Source of the DNA: Desulfovibrio sp.
GTDB taxonomy: Bacteria > Desulfobacterota > Desulfovibrionia > Desulfovibrionales > Desulfovibrionaceae
Direction of reading: 5' to 3'
NCBI RefSeq assembly: GCF_018379785.1
Contig: NZ_JAGZUV010000011.1
Location: 17,788 to 81,787, forward strand
DNA length: 64,000 nt
Shown here: in pieces, positions 1-9,601 of the stretch
Layout of the letters: the number at the start of each line of letters is the position of its first letter
How positions within the stretch are numbered: position 1 is the stretch's first letter
The notes under the pieces: model-generated
Databases searched by the model: none
Told to the model about the DNA's origin: nothing
Seen by the model: only the letters and a program-made list of their open reading frames with translations
Made by a program: the position numbers and the translations under genes

Positions 1-464
1 TGGTCTGCGACGCCCTGGCCCGGGAATGCGATTTTTTCAGCATCGGCACCAACGATCTGATCCACTACCTGATGGCCATTGACCGCAACAACCGCCATGT
101 GGGCTATCTGCACGAACCCCTGCACCCGGCGGTGGTGCGCTCGCTCAAACGGGTCATCGACGCAGCCCACCGCGAGGGCATCGGCGTTTCGGTCTGCGGC
201 GAACTGGCTTCGGACCCTTGCGGCCTGGCCCTGCTGCTGGGCATGGGCGTGGATGCGGTGTCCGCCGCGCCGCGTTTTGTGCCGGGCATGAAACATATGA
301 TCCGCCAGCTCAATGCCGAAACCTGCATGGAGCTGGCCCACAGCGTTCTGATGAGCACCGACGTCATGGCCTCCAAGCGTATGGTGCGTGAAAAGCTCCA
401 CCAGTCCCTGGGACCGGAGCTGGCCTTCCACACCACAAGTCTTTCGAGCCACAGTCAGCCATGA
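1..464 (+). CDS. ptsI: phosphoenolpyruvate-protein phosphotransferase (PTS enzyme I), C-terminal part; 5' end outside window
   Basis: Frame-3 translation from window start reads ...[16 protein letters not shown]...[16 protein letters not shown], typical PEP-utilizing enzyme C-terminal TIM-barrel; ORF 72..464 is the in-window part. Confidence 0.8.
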   Translation, partial: VCDALARECDFFSIGTNDLIHYLMAIDRNNRHVGYLHEPLHPAVVRSLKRVIDAAHREGIGVSVCGELASDPCGLALLLGMGVDAVSAAPRFVPGMKHMIRQLNAETCMELAHSVLMSTDVMASKRMVREKLHQSLGPELAFHTTSLSSHSQP

Positions 465-916
465 GCCAGAAAACTCCGCCTTCCACCATTGCCGTCAACA
501 AAAAGGCCCGTCATCTCTACGAACTTTCCGAATTTCTGGAGGCCGGCATCTCGCTGACCGGCCCTGAAGTCAAAAGCATCCGCGCCGGCAAGGTCAACTT
601 CATCGACAGCTATGTCGAATTCAAACGCGGCGAAGCCTGGCTGCTTTCTTTGCATGTGGCCCCCTATGCCAACGCGGGCTACGCCCCGCAGGAGCCGGAC
701 CGGCCGCGACGCCTGCTGCTGCACGCCCGCGAGATCGCCAAACTGGCGGGGCTGGTGGCCCAGAAGGGCCTGACCGTGGTGCCGGTGCGCGTCTATCTCA
801 AACGCGGCAAGGTCAAACTGGAAATCGCTCTGGGCCGGGGCAAGAAACTGCACGACCACCGCGATACGCTCAAAAGGCGCGCGGAGGAGCGGGACCTGGC
901 CCGCGAACTGGCCTAG
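461..916 (+). CDS. smpB: SsrA-binding protein SmpB
   Basis: 151 aa, N-terminus MSQK...[38 protein letters not shown] is canonical SmpB; 4-nt overlap with ptsI stop. Confidence 0.9.
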   Translation: MSQKTPPSTIAVNKKARHLYELSEFLEAGISLTGPEVKSIRAGKVNFIDSYVEFKRGEAWLLSLHVAPYANAGYAPQEPDRPRRLLLHAREIAKLAGLVAQKGLTVVPVRVYLKRGKVKLEIALGRGKKLHDHRDTLKRRAEERDLARELA

Positions 917-952
917 GCTCAGCCCTCATTCCGCGAAAGGCCGAGGAGCGCC

Positions 953-3484
953 ATGCGCCACCCGTCCCTGCAAGCGCCGCTGCTCTGGCAAGTCTATCTC
1001 GGCTTCTGGATCGCGGGCGTGGCGGCGGCTGTCTGGCCCTGGCCCGCCCTGTGTTGCACTCTGCTGCTGGCTCTGGCGGACAAACGCCTCTGGCGCATTG
1101 CCCGATTGATCCTGGCCGCGACTCTGTTTCTGAGCGGCCTGACCGTGGCCCACCGGCAGCTTGCGCCGCCGGAGCTGCCAGCCGACGCGGCTCCCGCCTG
1201 GCTGACGGCGGATGCGGACAATGCCCCGGCGCGGATCTGCGGCCGCGTGCGGGACGTACAGGGCCTGCCGGATCAACGTCTGCGCCTGTTGCTGGAGCGG
1301 GTCCGCCCCGCCGGAAGTTCCACCGCCGCAGCCCTGCCGGGCCTTGTGGCCTGGACCTGGGAAGAGCCTCTTTTCAACCCTCTGGCCGGACAGGAAATCT
1401 GTCTGAACCGCCGTCCGCGCCCCATGCACGGCTTTGCCAACACGGGCCTGGCCGATTGGGAAATCTGGTGGGCCGCGCGGAACGTGTACTGGCGGCTCTG
1501 GAGCCAGGGCGGACGCGGCGAACCGGAAGCCTCCGGCCGGGGTACGATGGCGGCCCGTTGGCGCGAGGAACTGCGGCACGCGTTTTTAAACGCGCTCCTG
1601 CCCGAGGGACAGACAGAAAATCAGGCAAAGGATCTGACGGCGGGTGCCGGAGCCCCGGAACTGCCGCAGGGCAAGGCCGTCCTGCCGGCTCTGCTGTTCG
1701 GTGACCGCCGGTATCTGACGCAAAACACCCTGGACAATTTCGCCGCCGCCACTCTGGCGCACAGCCTGGCGCTTTCCGGCCAGCATCTGGCCGTGGCCGG
1801 GCTGCTGGGCCTGCTCTGCGTGCTGGCCGCCGTCCGCCTGCGTCCATCCCTTTATCTCCGGCAGCCGCGCGGGGTTCTGGCCGTGGCCGCGTCCTGTCCG
1901 CCCGCCCTGGCTTATCTCTGGCTGGGCAACGCTCCGGCCTCCCTGCTGCGGGCCGTGTGCATGCTTTTCATTCTGGCCTTCTGGCTGGCGCGGGGGCGGA
2001 CGCGCACCACCCTCGACGTGCTCTGCGCCGCCCTGTTCTGCATCTGCCTGGCCGCCCCGCTGAGCGTGCTGGATACGGGCCTGCAGCTCTCGGCCCTGTG
2101 CGTGGCGGTCATCGGCCTTATCCTGCCCTGGCTGCGCCGCATACTGCCGCCGTCCACGCATAAAGCCGAAGCTCCCCGGCGACGGGCCATGCATTGGCTC
2201 GGCCGCTGGCTTGCGCGCATTCTGCTGATTTCCCTGCTGATCCAGACAGCGTTGCTGCCGCTGAACCTTCTGCTGTTCGGCAATGCGGGCTTCTGGTTCC
2301 CGCTCAATGTGCTCTGGCTGCCCGTGGCCGGTCTTGTGGTGCTGCCCGGCGCGGCTCTGGGCCTGCTTCTGGCGGGTGCGGGCCTGGACGCGGCCGCGCG
2401 GCTGATTCTGGATCTGGCCGCCCTGCCCTGCCATTGGTTGATAAACGGGCTGGCAGACCTCAATGATCTGGGCCTGCTGCACAATCCCGCCCTGTTGCGG
2501 CCGCACTGGACAGCCCTGCCCGCTTTTGCCGCTCTGCTGGCGGCACTGGCCTGTCTGGCCGGGCGGGACAGAACTTCTCCCTCAGGAAAGAAGGCGGCCC
2601 GCCGTCTGTTGCTGGCAGGTCTGGCCCTGCTCTGCGTGGGGCCCTTGTTGCGCCTGGAAAGCCGCTTTTCCGGCGATACGCGGCTGGACGTGCTGGATGT
2701 GGGCCAGGGGCAGGCTCTGGCCTTGCGCGTTCCCGGCCATCTGCGCCTGCTTCTGGACGGCGGCGGCAGCGCCTCGCCCCGCTTTGACCCCGGCAAAACC
2801 CTAGTGGGGCCGGTGCTGACATACAACGACGCGCCCCGATTGGCCGCCGTCGTCAACAGCCATCCGGATCTGGACCATCTGGGCGGGCTTTTTCATCCAC
2901 TGGAAGATTTTCAGGTCCAGGCCCTGTTCCACAACGGGCGCGAAGCCGCCGGGCAGCGCGGCCCCATCTGGCGGGAACTGCGGCAAAGCCTGGCGGGCCG
3001 CGTTCTGGCGGAAGGAGACGTGCTGATTGTGGGCGATCCGGCTCTGGGTCTGCGCCTGGAGGTACTGCACCCGCCGCGCGCCGCCAACGAAGAGGAGGCC
3101 GTCGCCTGGACCGGCAACGAGGCCTCCCTGATTCTGCGCCTGACCCGTCACGGCCGGGGGCTGGCCCTGTTCACCGGCGACGCCGAGCGTCGCAGCCTGC
3201 GCCGTCTGCTGGCCTCGGGCCGGGATCTGCGCGCCCAGGTGTTGCTGGCCCCGCACCACGGTTCGGACCGCAGTTTTCTGGCCGCCTTTTACAAGGCCGT
3301 GCAACCGGAACTGGTGCTGGCTTCCTGCGGTTTTCAGAACCGTTACAACTATCCCGGCTCGCGCCTGCGGGCCTGGCTGGCACGGCACGGCATTCCCCTG
3401 CTCCACACCGGCGAATCCGGGCAGATCAGCGTCAGCTGGCCGTGGGACGGGCCGATGCGCGTACGCGCTGTCCGCCCGCATTAA
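953..3484 (+). CDS. comEC: DNA internalization competence protein ComEC/Rec2 (polytopic membrane + metallo-beta-lactamase domain)
   Basis: 843 aa, many TM helices then DVLDVGQGQALALRVPGH...HPDLDHLGG...LAPHHGS beta-lactamase-fold motifs. Confidence 0.85.
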   Translation: MRHPSLQAPLLWQVYLGFWIAGVAAAVWPWPALCCTLLLALADKRLWRIARLILAATLFLSGLTVAHRQLAPPELPADAAPAWLTADADNAPARICGRVRDVQGLPDQRLRLLLERVRPAGSSTAAALPGLVAWTWEEPLFNPLAGQEICLNRRPRPMHGFANTGLADWEIWWAARNVYWRLWSQGGRGEPEASGRGTMAARWREELRHAFLNALLPEGQTENQAKDLTAGAGAPELPQGKAVLPALLFGDRRYLTQNTLDNFAAATLAHSLALSGQHLAVAGLLGLLCVLAAVRLRPSLYLRQPRGVLAVAASCPPALAYLWLGNAPASLLRAVCMLFILAFWLARGRTRTTLDVLCAALFCICLAAPLSVLDTGLQLSALCVAVIGLILPWLRRILPPSTHKAEAPRRRAMHWLGRWLARILLISLLIQTALLPLNLLLFGNAGFWFPLNVLWLPVAGLVVLPGAALGLLLAGAGLDAAARLILDLAALPCHWLINGLADLNDLGLLHNPALLRPHWTALPAFAALLAALACLAGRDRTSPSGKKAARRLLLAGLALLCVGPLLRLESRFSGDTRLDVLDVGQGQALALRVPGHLRLLLDGGGSASPRFDPGKTLVGPVLTYNDAPRLAAVVNSHPDLDHLGGLFHPLEDFQVQALFHNGREAAGQRGPIWRELRQSLAGRVLAEGDVLIVGDPALGLRLEVLHPPRAANEEEAVAWTGNEASLILRLTRHGRGLALFTGDAERRSLRRLLASGRDLRAQVLLAPHHGSDRSFLAAFYKAVQPELVLASCGFQNRYNYPGSRLRAWLARHGIPLLHTGESGQISVSWPWDGPMRVRAVRPH

Positions 3485-3864
3485 CATGCCGTCCGCCCGC
3501 CGCCGTCCTGTGACAATTGCTCTTCTCCCCAGCGGTACAACTCCCGCAGGGCCGGAAGCAATCGCCTGCCCCGCCCGGTCAAGGCATACTCCACATGTCG
3601 GACTTTACCGCCGCACTCGCTCCGGCGCAGCAGGCCGTCCCCCTCCAGTTCCTTGAGACATTTGCTCAACATCATATGGGTGATGCCTCTCACCTCGCGA
3701 TGCAGGGCATTGAAACGCACGGCCCCGTCGGCCAGATGCCAGAGCAACGGCAATTTCCACTTGCCGCCGATGACTTCCAGAGCGCGCAGAATAGGGCACG
3801 ACACTTCATAAATATTGGCTGCGGGCAACGTTGTGTCATAGCCGGCCTTCCCGGGTTCACCCAT
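3481..3864 (-). CDS. HxlR-family winged-helix transcriptional regulator
   Basis: 127 aa with CPILRALEVIGGKWKLPLLWHL...RFNALHREVRGITHMMLSKCLKELEGDGLLRR, HxlR signature; divergent from flavoprotein gene. Confidence 0.8.
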   Translation of the reverse strand: MGEPGKAGYDTTLPAANIYEVSCPILRALEVIGGKWKLPLLWHLADGAVRFNALHREVRGITHMMLSKCLKELEGDGLLRRSECGGKVRHVEYALTGRGRRLLPALRELYRWGEEQLSQDGGGRTAC

Positions 3865-4012
3865 ATAATCCCTCTGTTTTTACTGCCTTTGCACTGTTGC
3901 CGGGCAGCGGCCGCAATCAGGTAAGAAAAAACTGCGTACTTGCTTTTTCCCGCCCGCTTCAGGATATTCAGGCATAGAAGCCCTCACAACCACAACCCGT
4001 AAGGAGAAAGAC

Positions 4013-4666
4013 ATGCGCATCTACGCCGTCAACGGCAGCCCCAGAAAAAAATGGAATACCGCCACTGTACTGCAAAGCGCCTTGGACGGCGCGGCTTCGG
4101 CGGGCGCAGAAAACGTCCGGACGGAAATGATCCACCTTTACGACTACAGTTATACGGGCTGCGTGAGCTGTTTTCAATGCAAACGCAAGGGCGGGAAGCA
4201 CTACGGCCGCTGCGCCGTGCGCGACGGCCTGACGCCGGTGCTGGAAAAATGCCGCGAGGCGGACGGGATCATTTTCGGTTCCCCCGTCTATTTTCACAAT
4301 ATCACCGGGATGATGCGCTCTTTTCTGGAACGCCTGCTGTTTCCCTGCATTGCCTATGACCGCGACTATTCCTCGCTGGCTCTCAAAAAACCGGCAACGG
4401 CATTCATCTACACCATGAATGTAACGCGCGAGGTCATGCTGGAGCAGCACTACCCGGAAAAGCTGCGGAGCACGGAATTCTTTATTGAACGAAGTTTCTC
4501 CAGGCCCGGCGTGCTCTATGTCAACGACACCTATCAGTTCAGCGACTACAGCAAGTATGTGGTGGAATGCTTTTCCGAACAGGACAAGGCGCGCCGACGG
4601 GAAACGCAGTTTCCCCTGGACTGCCGAAAGGCTTTTGAGCTGGGCCGTGATCTGGCGCGGGCTTGA
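4013..4666 (+). CDS. flavodoxin-like NAD(P)H-dependent FMN reductase family protein with Cys-rich insert
   Basis: 217 aa, MRIYAVNGSPRKKWNTA...CVSCFQCKRKGGKHYGRCAVRDGL...IIFGSPVYFHNITG; typical HxlR-regulated oxidoreductase partner. Confidence 0.7.
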   Translation: MRIYAVNGSPRKKWNTATVLQSALDGAASAGAENVRTEMIHLYDYSYTGCVSCFQCKRKGGKHYGRCAVRDGLTPVLEKCREADGIIFGSPVYFHNITGMMRSFLERLLFPCIAYDRDYSSLALKKPATAFIYTMNVTREVMLEQHYPEKLRSTEFFIERSFSRPGVLYVNDTYQFSDYSKYVVECFSEQDKARRRETQFPLDCRKAFELGRDLARA

Positions 4667-4671
4667 CCGGA

Positions 4672-5529
4672 CTACTTCTGGCAGTGCGGACAGCAGACCG
4701 TGGCCCGGCCCGCCACGCGGATTTTTTGCAGCGGGCGGCCGCAACGGACGCAGGCCGCGCCGCCCCGGCCGTAGACCGCGAAACTGTTCTGAAACGCGCC
4801 CACGTCGCCGTTGGCGTCGCGGTAATCGCGGATGGAGCTGCCGCACTGGGCGATGGAACGGCGCAACACGTCCTTGAGGGCCGCCAGCAGGGAACGGCTC
4901 TGAGCCGGGCTGAGGCTGGAAGCCTTGCGGCGCGGATCCAGACCCGCCTGAAAGAGGGACTCGTCGGCGTAGATATTGCCGATGCCGGCAATGACCTTCT
5001 GGTCCAGCAACACGGCCTTGAGCGCCGCTCCCCGGCCTCGCAGCAGGGCCGCGAACTCCCGCTCGCCGATTTCCAGCGGCTCGGGCCCCAGCTCCCGCCA
5101 GAAATCCCAGGCCTGCAAAATCTCCGGCGTGGCGGCCAGCACCAAGCCGAAAGCCCGCGTGTCGTCGAAAAAGAGGCGGCGGCGACCGCCGCCGGGAGCG
5201 CGCAGATCAAAGATACAACGGGTATGGGGGCCGGGCGGCGTGCCCGGCGCGTAGGCCATCAGGCGGCCTGTCATGCGCAAATGCACGGCCAGCAGGTCCG
5301 GGACGGTCTCTTCCGGAGTGGGTCCGCCCTCCGGCGGGGCCAGATGCACCAGCAGCAGTTTGCCCCTGCGGCCCACGTCCGCGATACGGCGGCCCGCCAA
5401 AGAGGCCGGAGGAAGGCTCAGGGGATGCAGGCTGCCGGGCCGCAGAACTTCCGCCTTCTCAATCAGGCATTCCCGCACCTGGGGGCGCAGGGTGCGGGCT
5501 ACTGTTTCCACTTCGGGCAGTTCAGGCAC
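4672..5529 (-). CDS. mutM: formamidopyrimidine-DNA glycosylase
   Basis: 285 aa, starts MPELPEVETVARTL and ends with zinc finger ...RATVCCPHCQK. Confidence 0.9.
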   Translation of the reverse strand: MPELPEVETVARTLRPQVRECLIEKAEVLRPGSLHPLSLPPASLAGRRIADVGRRGKLLLVHLAPPEGGPTPEETVPDLLAVHLRMTGRLMAYAPGTPPGPHTRCIFDLRAPGGGRRRLFFDDTRAFGLVLAATPEILQAWDFWRELGPEPLEIGEREFAALLRGRGAALKAVLLDQKVIAGIGNIYADESLFQAGLDPRRKASSLSPAQSRSLLAALKDVLRRSIAQCGSSIRDYRDANGDVGAFQNSFAVYGRGGAACVRCGRPLQKIRVAGRATVCCPHCQK

Positions 5530-5689
5530 TTGGCATCCATCTTTTTGTTGCCGGCTTTGTTAAGCGTCGCGGCGCGCCTTGGTCACGTAGGCGGCTACGC
5601 TCCACTGCGGCGCGCCGCTTGCTTGCCTTGCCGGCAAACAAAAACCTGGATGCCAAGGAAAAACAACGCAAAAAATCAGCAACAGTTTT

Positions 5690-6211
5690 TCAGCTAAGAT
5701 AAATTTCCAACAAACCCTCGGGCGGATCAATGGTCACGGTACGGGCGTCCAGGTCAAAACCGACAATGAAACAGGGCTGGGCCGGAAAAAGAATTTCCCG
5801 GTCCTGGTCCGTGACGACAACCCAGATTTCCTGGTCCGCCGGATATTCCACGTGGTCGAGGCGGCCCAGGCGGCGGCCGCCGGGCAAGAGAACCTCGCAG
5901 CCCAGCAGATCTTCCAGGTAGGCCTCATCCTCGTCCGGCGGAGGCAGGCTGTCGCGCGACATCAGAATTTTCTGTCCGCGCAGGGCCTCGGCCGCCGTGC
6001 GGTCCGTCACGCCTTCCAGAAGAAGCAGAGGACGGCCCTTGTGCTCACGGCGGGACAGGACCCGGACGCGCCGGGGCGGCTCATCTCCAGCCTGAAGCCA
6101 GAGCGGCGCGTCCAAAAGCAAGGGGGAGTCCGCATGCCAGTCGATGCAGATCTCCCCTTTAATACCGTGGGGCCGCGCCAGCGTGCCCATATGAATCAAC
6201 ATATCCGCCAT
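5690..6211 (-). CDS. rimM: 16S rRNA processing protein RimM
   Basis: 173 aa, ...GTLARPHGIKGEICIDWHADSP..., conserved position downstream of rpsP/KH gene. Confidence 0.85.
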   Translation of the reverse strand: MADMLIHMGTLARPHGIKGEICIDWHADSPLLLDAPLWLQAGDEPPRRVRVLSRREHKGRPLLLLEGVTDRTAAEALRGQKILMSRDSLPPPDEDEAYLEDLLGCEVLLPGGRRLGRLDHVEYPADQEIWVVVTDQDREILFPAQPCFIVGFDLDARTVTIDPPEGLLEIYLS

Positions 6212-6222
6212 GGAAGCCGAAG

Positions 6223-6453
6223 CTACTCCAGAATTTCCAGAACCGTGCGCTTCTTCGACTTGGTGGATGCCGCGCTCAAAATAGTGCGCATGGCACGGGC
6301 CGTGCGCCCCTGCTTGCCGATGACCTTGCCCAGGTCTTCCTTGGAAACCTTGAGCTCCAGCACCGACGTCTGTTCGCCTTCCACTTCGCTGACCTGCACT
6401 TCTTCGGGATGATCCACCAGAGACTTGGCAATATATTCGATCAGAGCCTTCAT
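6223..6453 (-). CDS. KH-domain RNA-binding protein (UPF0109 family)
   Basis: 76 aa, ...[23 protein letters not shown]...; conserved rpsP-KH-rimM neighbourhood. Confidence 0.85.
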   Translation of the reverse strand: MKALIEYIAKSLVDHPEEVQVSEVEGEQTSVLELKVSKEDLGKVIGKQGRTARAMRTILSAASTKSKKRTVLEILE

Positions 6454-6867
6454 CGCGTACCTCCCAAAGATATCTTGCTGCCTACGGGCAGCGCGGGCAA
6501 GGATTAAATAACGCGCAACCTTCGGAGTAACCGGCAGCTATCCGTCCGCATTCCGCCGGACAGCGACATTCACTCGGGCCCGGACCTGAATCCGCCGGTT
6601 TTCCCGCGCCGTGATCGCCCGCTGACGGGAAAAGCGCATATGCCGCGGGCACGCGCCGTCACCGGCCGGGCCGCACTGTCCTCCGGGTTGGTTCCGCAAC
6701 AGCCTGACGCTTGCGGCAGACGGCTCTCCGCCTTTTCACAAGGTCTTACTCGGGCAGTTCAATTTTTTCAAAGCTGAACTGCCCGCAGGAAGTTGCGGGC
6801 AAATCCTTGCCGCGAGATGCTCCCCGACGGGTTCCATCCGCCGCAAGCAAGCATCGCAAGCGAAGAT

Positions 6868-7107
6868 TTAGGACAGATGCGCCTTGATCAGCGCACGCAC
6901 GGTATCCGTGGGTTCGGCGCCGCGCGCGAGCCATTCCTTGATTTTATCCGCGTCAAGCTTCACTTCCGCCGGATTGGTCATGGGATTGTAGTAGCCCAGC
7001 AATTGCAGCGGACGCCCGTCACGACGGGTCTCGTCATTGGCGGCCACCACCCGGTAGAAGGGGTGCTTTTTGCTGCCGAGACGGGTCAATTTCAACTTTA
7101 CAGCCAT
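6868..7107 (-). CDS. rpsP: 30S ribosomal protein S16
   Basis: [42 protein letters not shown]...; true start is internal ATG at 7107 of ORF 6868..7158. Confidence 0.9.
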   Translation of the reverse strand: MAVKLKLTRLGSKKHPFYRVVAANDETRRDGRPLQLLGYYNPMTNPAEVKLDADKIKEWLARGAEPTDTVRALIKAHLS

Positions 7108-7340
7108 GAGTCCAACTCCCTTTGTTTTTATGTTAGCGTCGCGCCCGTAAAAGGGCAAGAGGGAAACGCGATTTCCAGGGCCGCTTAAGGCCCTGCCAGG
7201 ATTGCTTAATGAGGATTTTTATTTTTTGCCGAGGAAGGCCGACGCCGGACGGAACTCAGTGCGCCAGGACATACCTTAAGTTTCGCACGGGGTGAGCCTG
7301 ATGCGGGCAAAAGGCAAAAAAAACATTAAGCGACGTTCCC

Positions 7341-8849
7341 TTATTTCTTTTTGCGCTTCTGGCGCTCTTTCTTTTTCCGCTTCTTGGCAGCGGCGGATTT
7401 CGCCCCTCCGGGCCGTCCGCCCGGCAGCGCCATGCCGTCCATTCCACCCATGCCCGGAAATCCGCCCATACCAGGCACGCCCATGCCGGGGGGCATCATG
7501 CCCGGCGGCATTTTGGGCATGGCCGGACGGCCTCCCTTGGCGCCCTTGCCGCCCATCATGCCCTTCATCATCTGGCGCATCTGCTCAAACTGGCGCACCA
7601 TCTGATTGACCTGGGCCACGGTCACGCCCGCGCCCTTGGCGATGCGCGCCCGACGGCTGCCGTTGAGGATATCCGGATTGCGGCGTTCCTGCATGGTCAT
7701 GGAATTGATGATGGCCTCGGTGCGCGCCATTTCCTTTTCCGGCACCGCGCCGTTGGCCTCGGCCAGTTTTTCGCGCAGGCCGCCCAGGCCCGGAATCATT
7801 TTCAGAATGCTGTCCAGCGAACCCAATTTCTTGATGCGGCGCATCTGGGTACGAAAATCTTCTAGGTCGAAGCTGGCCTTCTGCATCTTGCGGGCCAGGG
7901 CCTCGGCCTCTTCGGCGTCAATGGTGGACTGGGCCTTTTCCACCAGGGTGAGCACGTCGCCCATGCCCAGAATGCGCCCGGCGATACGGTCGGGGTGGAA
8001 GACCTCCATCTCCGACAGTTTTTCGCCCACGCCCACGAATTTCACGGGCGCGCCGGTCACCGAACGGATGGACAGGGCCGCGCCGCCGCGCGCGTCGCCG
8101 TCCATCTTGGTCAGCACAACGCCGGTCAGGCCCAGGCGCTCATTGAAAGCCTCGGCCACGGTCACGGCGTCCTGGCCGGTCATGGCATCGGCCACGAACA
8201 AAATTTCCTGCGGCCGCACCGCCGCCTTGATGGCCGAAAGCTCTTCCATCAGGGGTTCGTCCACGTGCAGACGGCCCGCCGTGTCCAGCAGCAGCACGGT
8301 GGCCTGCTCTTCACGGGCCTGAACCAGAGCCGCCGTGGCGATGTCCACGGGCTTCATCTCCGTGGTGGAGGGGAAGCAGGGCATGTCGAGCTGCTTGGCC
8401 AGCACCGTGAGCTGGTCGATGGCCGCCGGGCGGTAGACGTCCGCCGGGACCAGATAGGGCCGCATTTTCTGCCTGCGCAGCAGATTGGCTATCTTGCCCG
8501 CCGAGGTGGTCTTGCCCGAGCCCTGAAGGCCCACCAGCATGATCACCGCCGGTTCGCGGCCCTGCAGGTTGAGCCCCGTGGTTTCGCCGCCCAGCAGAGA
8601 AACCAGTTCGTCATTGACGATTTTAACCACCTGCTGGGCCGGGCTTACGCCTTTGAGCGTTTCCTGCCCCAGGCACTTTTCGCGCACGCTTTCCACAAAG
8701 TCTTTGACGACCTTGAAGTTGACGTCCGCTTCCAGGAGCGCCAGCCGCACTTCGCGCAGACCGGCCTGCACGTTTTCCTCGGTGAGCTGGCCGCGCCCGC
8801 CGAAAGAGCGGAATACGCCGGAAAGTCTGTCGGAAAGGCTCTCGAACAT
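7341..8849 (-). CDS. ffh: signal recognition particle protein Ffh
   Basis: MFESLSDRLSGVFRS... NG domain GLQGSGKTT, Met-rich M domain and basic tail; start at internal ATG 8849 of ORF 7341..8897. Confidence 0.9.
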   Translation of the reverse strand: MFESLSDRLSGVFRSFGGRGQLTEENVQAGLREVRLALLEADVNFKVVKDFVESVREKCLGQETLKGVSPAQQVVKIVNDELVSLLGGETTGLNLQGREPAVIMLVGLQGSGKTTSAGKIANLLRRQKMRPYLVPADVYRPAAIDQLTVLAKQLDMPCFPSTTEMKPVDIATAALVQAREEQATVLLLDTAGRLHVDEPLMEELSAIKAAVRPQEILFVADAMTGQDAVTVAEAFNERLGLTGVVLTKMDGDARGGAALSIRSVTGAPVKFVGVGEKLSEMEVFHPDRIAGRILGMGDVLTLVEKAQSTIDAEEAEALARKMQKASFDLEDFRTQMRRIKKLGSLDSILKMIPGLGGLREKLAEANGAVPEKEMARTEAIINSMTMQERRNPDILNGSRRARIAKGAGVTVAQVNQMVRQFEQMRQMMKGMMGGKGAKGGRPAMPKMPPGMMPPGMGVPGMGGFPGMGGMDGMALPGGRPGGAKSAAAKKRKKKERQKRKKK

Positions 8850-9077
8850 GAAGACCCCGCATCCGCCGCCGTGCCCGGTAGAGGACGGCAGCCACAAAGC
8901 GTCTGTTTTCGCGCCGCGACACGCGGGCGAAGTGGAGATTCATAGGCTGTTTGCGGCGCGTCGTCAAGTCAGGGGGCGTAACGTTGACAGCCTCCGGGGC
9001 GACGTCTTAGGTTTCAGACAAATCCATATGCAGTTCCGCCCCCCAACGCTTGCACCCGTCCGGTGCCCGGAGACAAT

Positions 9078-9422
9078 ATGAACAAGGTAAAAATCACGGT
9101 TCTGAAAACCACCTTTGACGCGGAGCTTGCCGCCCGATACGGGGCGGAAGGCCTGGACGCCTGCCCCATGCACAGGGAAGGCCAGGTCTTTTACGCCGAC
9201 TATGCCAAGCCGGAAGGTTTCTGCGACGAAGCCTGGAAAGCCGTCTATCAGTATGCCTTCGCTTTGGCCCACGGCGCGGGCGAGGGCGTCTTTTATTACG
9301 GCGACTGGATCAGAACGCCGGGCGTGGCCATCTGCAGCTGCAACGACGGCCTGCGCCCCGTCATCTTCAAGCTGGAAGCCACGGATGAAGCTTCGACCAT
9401 TGAGTACACGCCGGTGCGGTAA
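9078..9422 (+). CDS. TIGR04076-family small Cys-containing protein
   Basis: MNKVKITVLKTTFDAELAARYG...CPMHREGQVFY...PEGFCDEAW...CNDGLRPVIFKLEA; GGAGA RBS 8 nt upstream of ATG 9078. Confidence 0.65.
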   Translation: MNKVKITVLKTTFDAELAARYGAEGLDACPMHREGQVFYADYAKPEGFCDEAWKAVYQYAFALAHGAGEGVFYYGDWIRTPGVAICSCNDGLRPVIFKLEATDEASTIEYTPVR

Positions 9423-9544
9423 GGCTCGCCAACAGCGCTGAAGCGGCAAAAACCCCGCGCGCGTCCAAGAGGAAGGAACCAGACGGGCGCGGGCGGGGCC
9501 GCCGGCTCAAAGGGACCACCCCTCTGATGGGATGCCGGCTGCCG

Positions 9545-9578
9545 GGGAGGGGCCACACGCCCCTCCCCGAATTTTTTG
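9545..9578 (+). terminator. rho-independent terminator (GGGGAGGGG..CCCCTCCCC + T-run)
   Basis: Stem ggggagggg/cccctcccc followed by gaatttttt, downstream of the 9078..9422 gene. Confidence 0.6.
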
Positions 9579-9601
9579 TCCGTTGCCGGACGAAACGAGG
9601 C

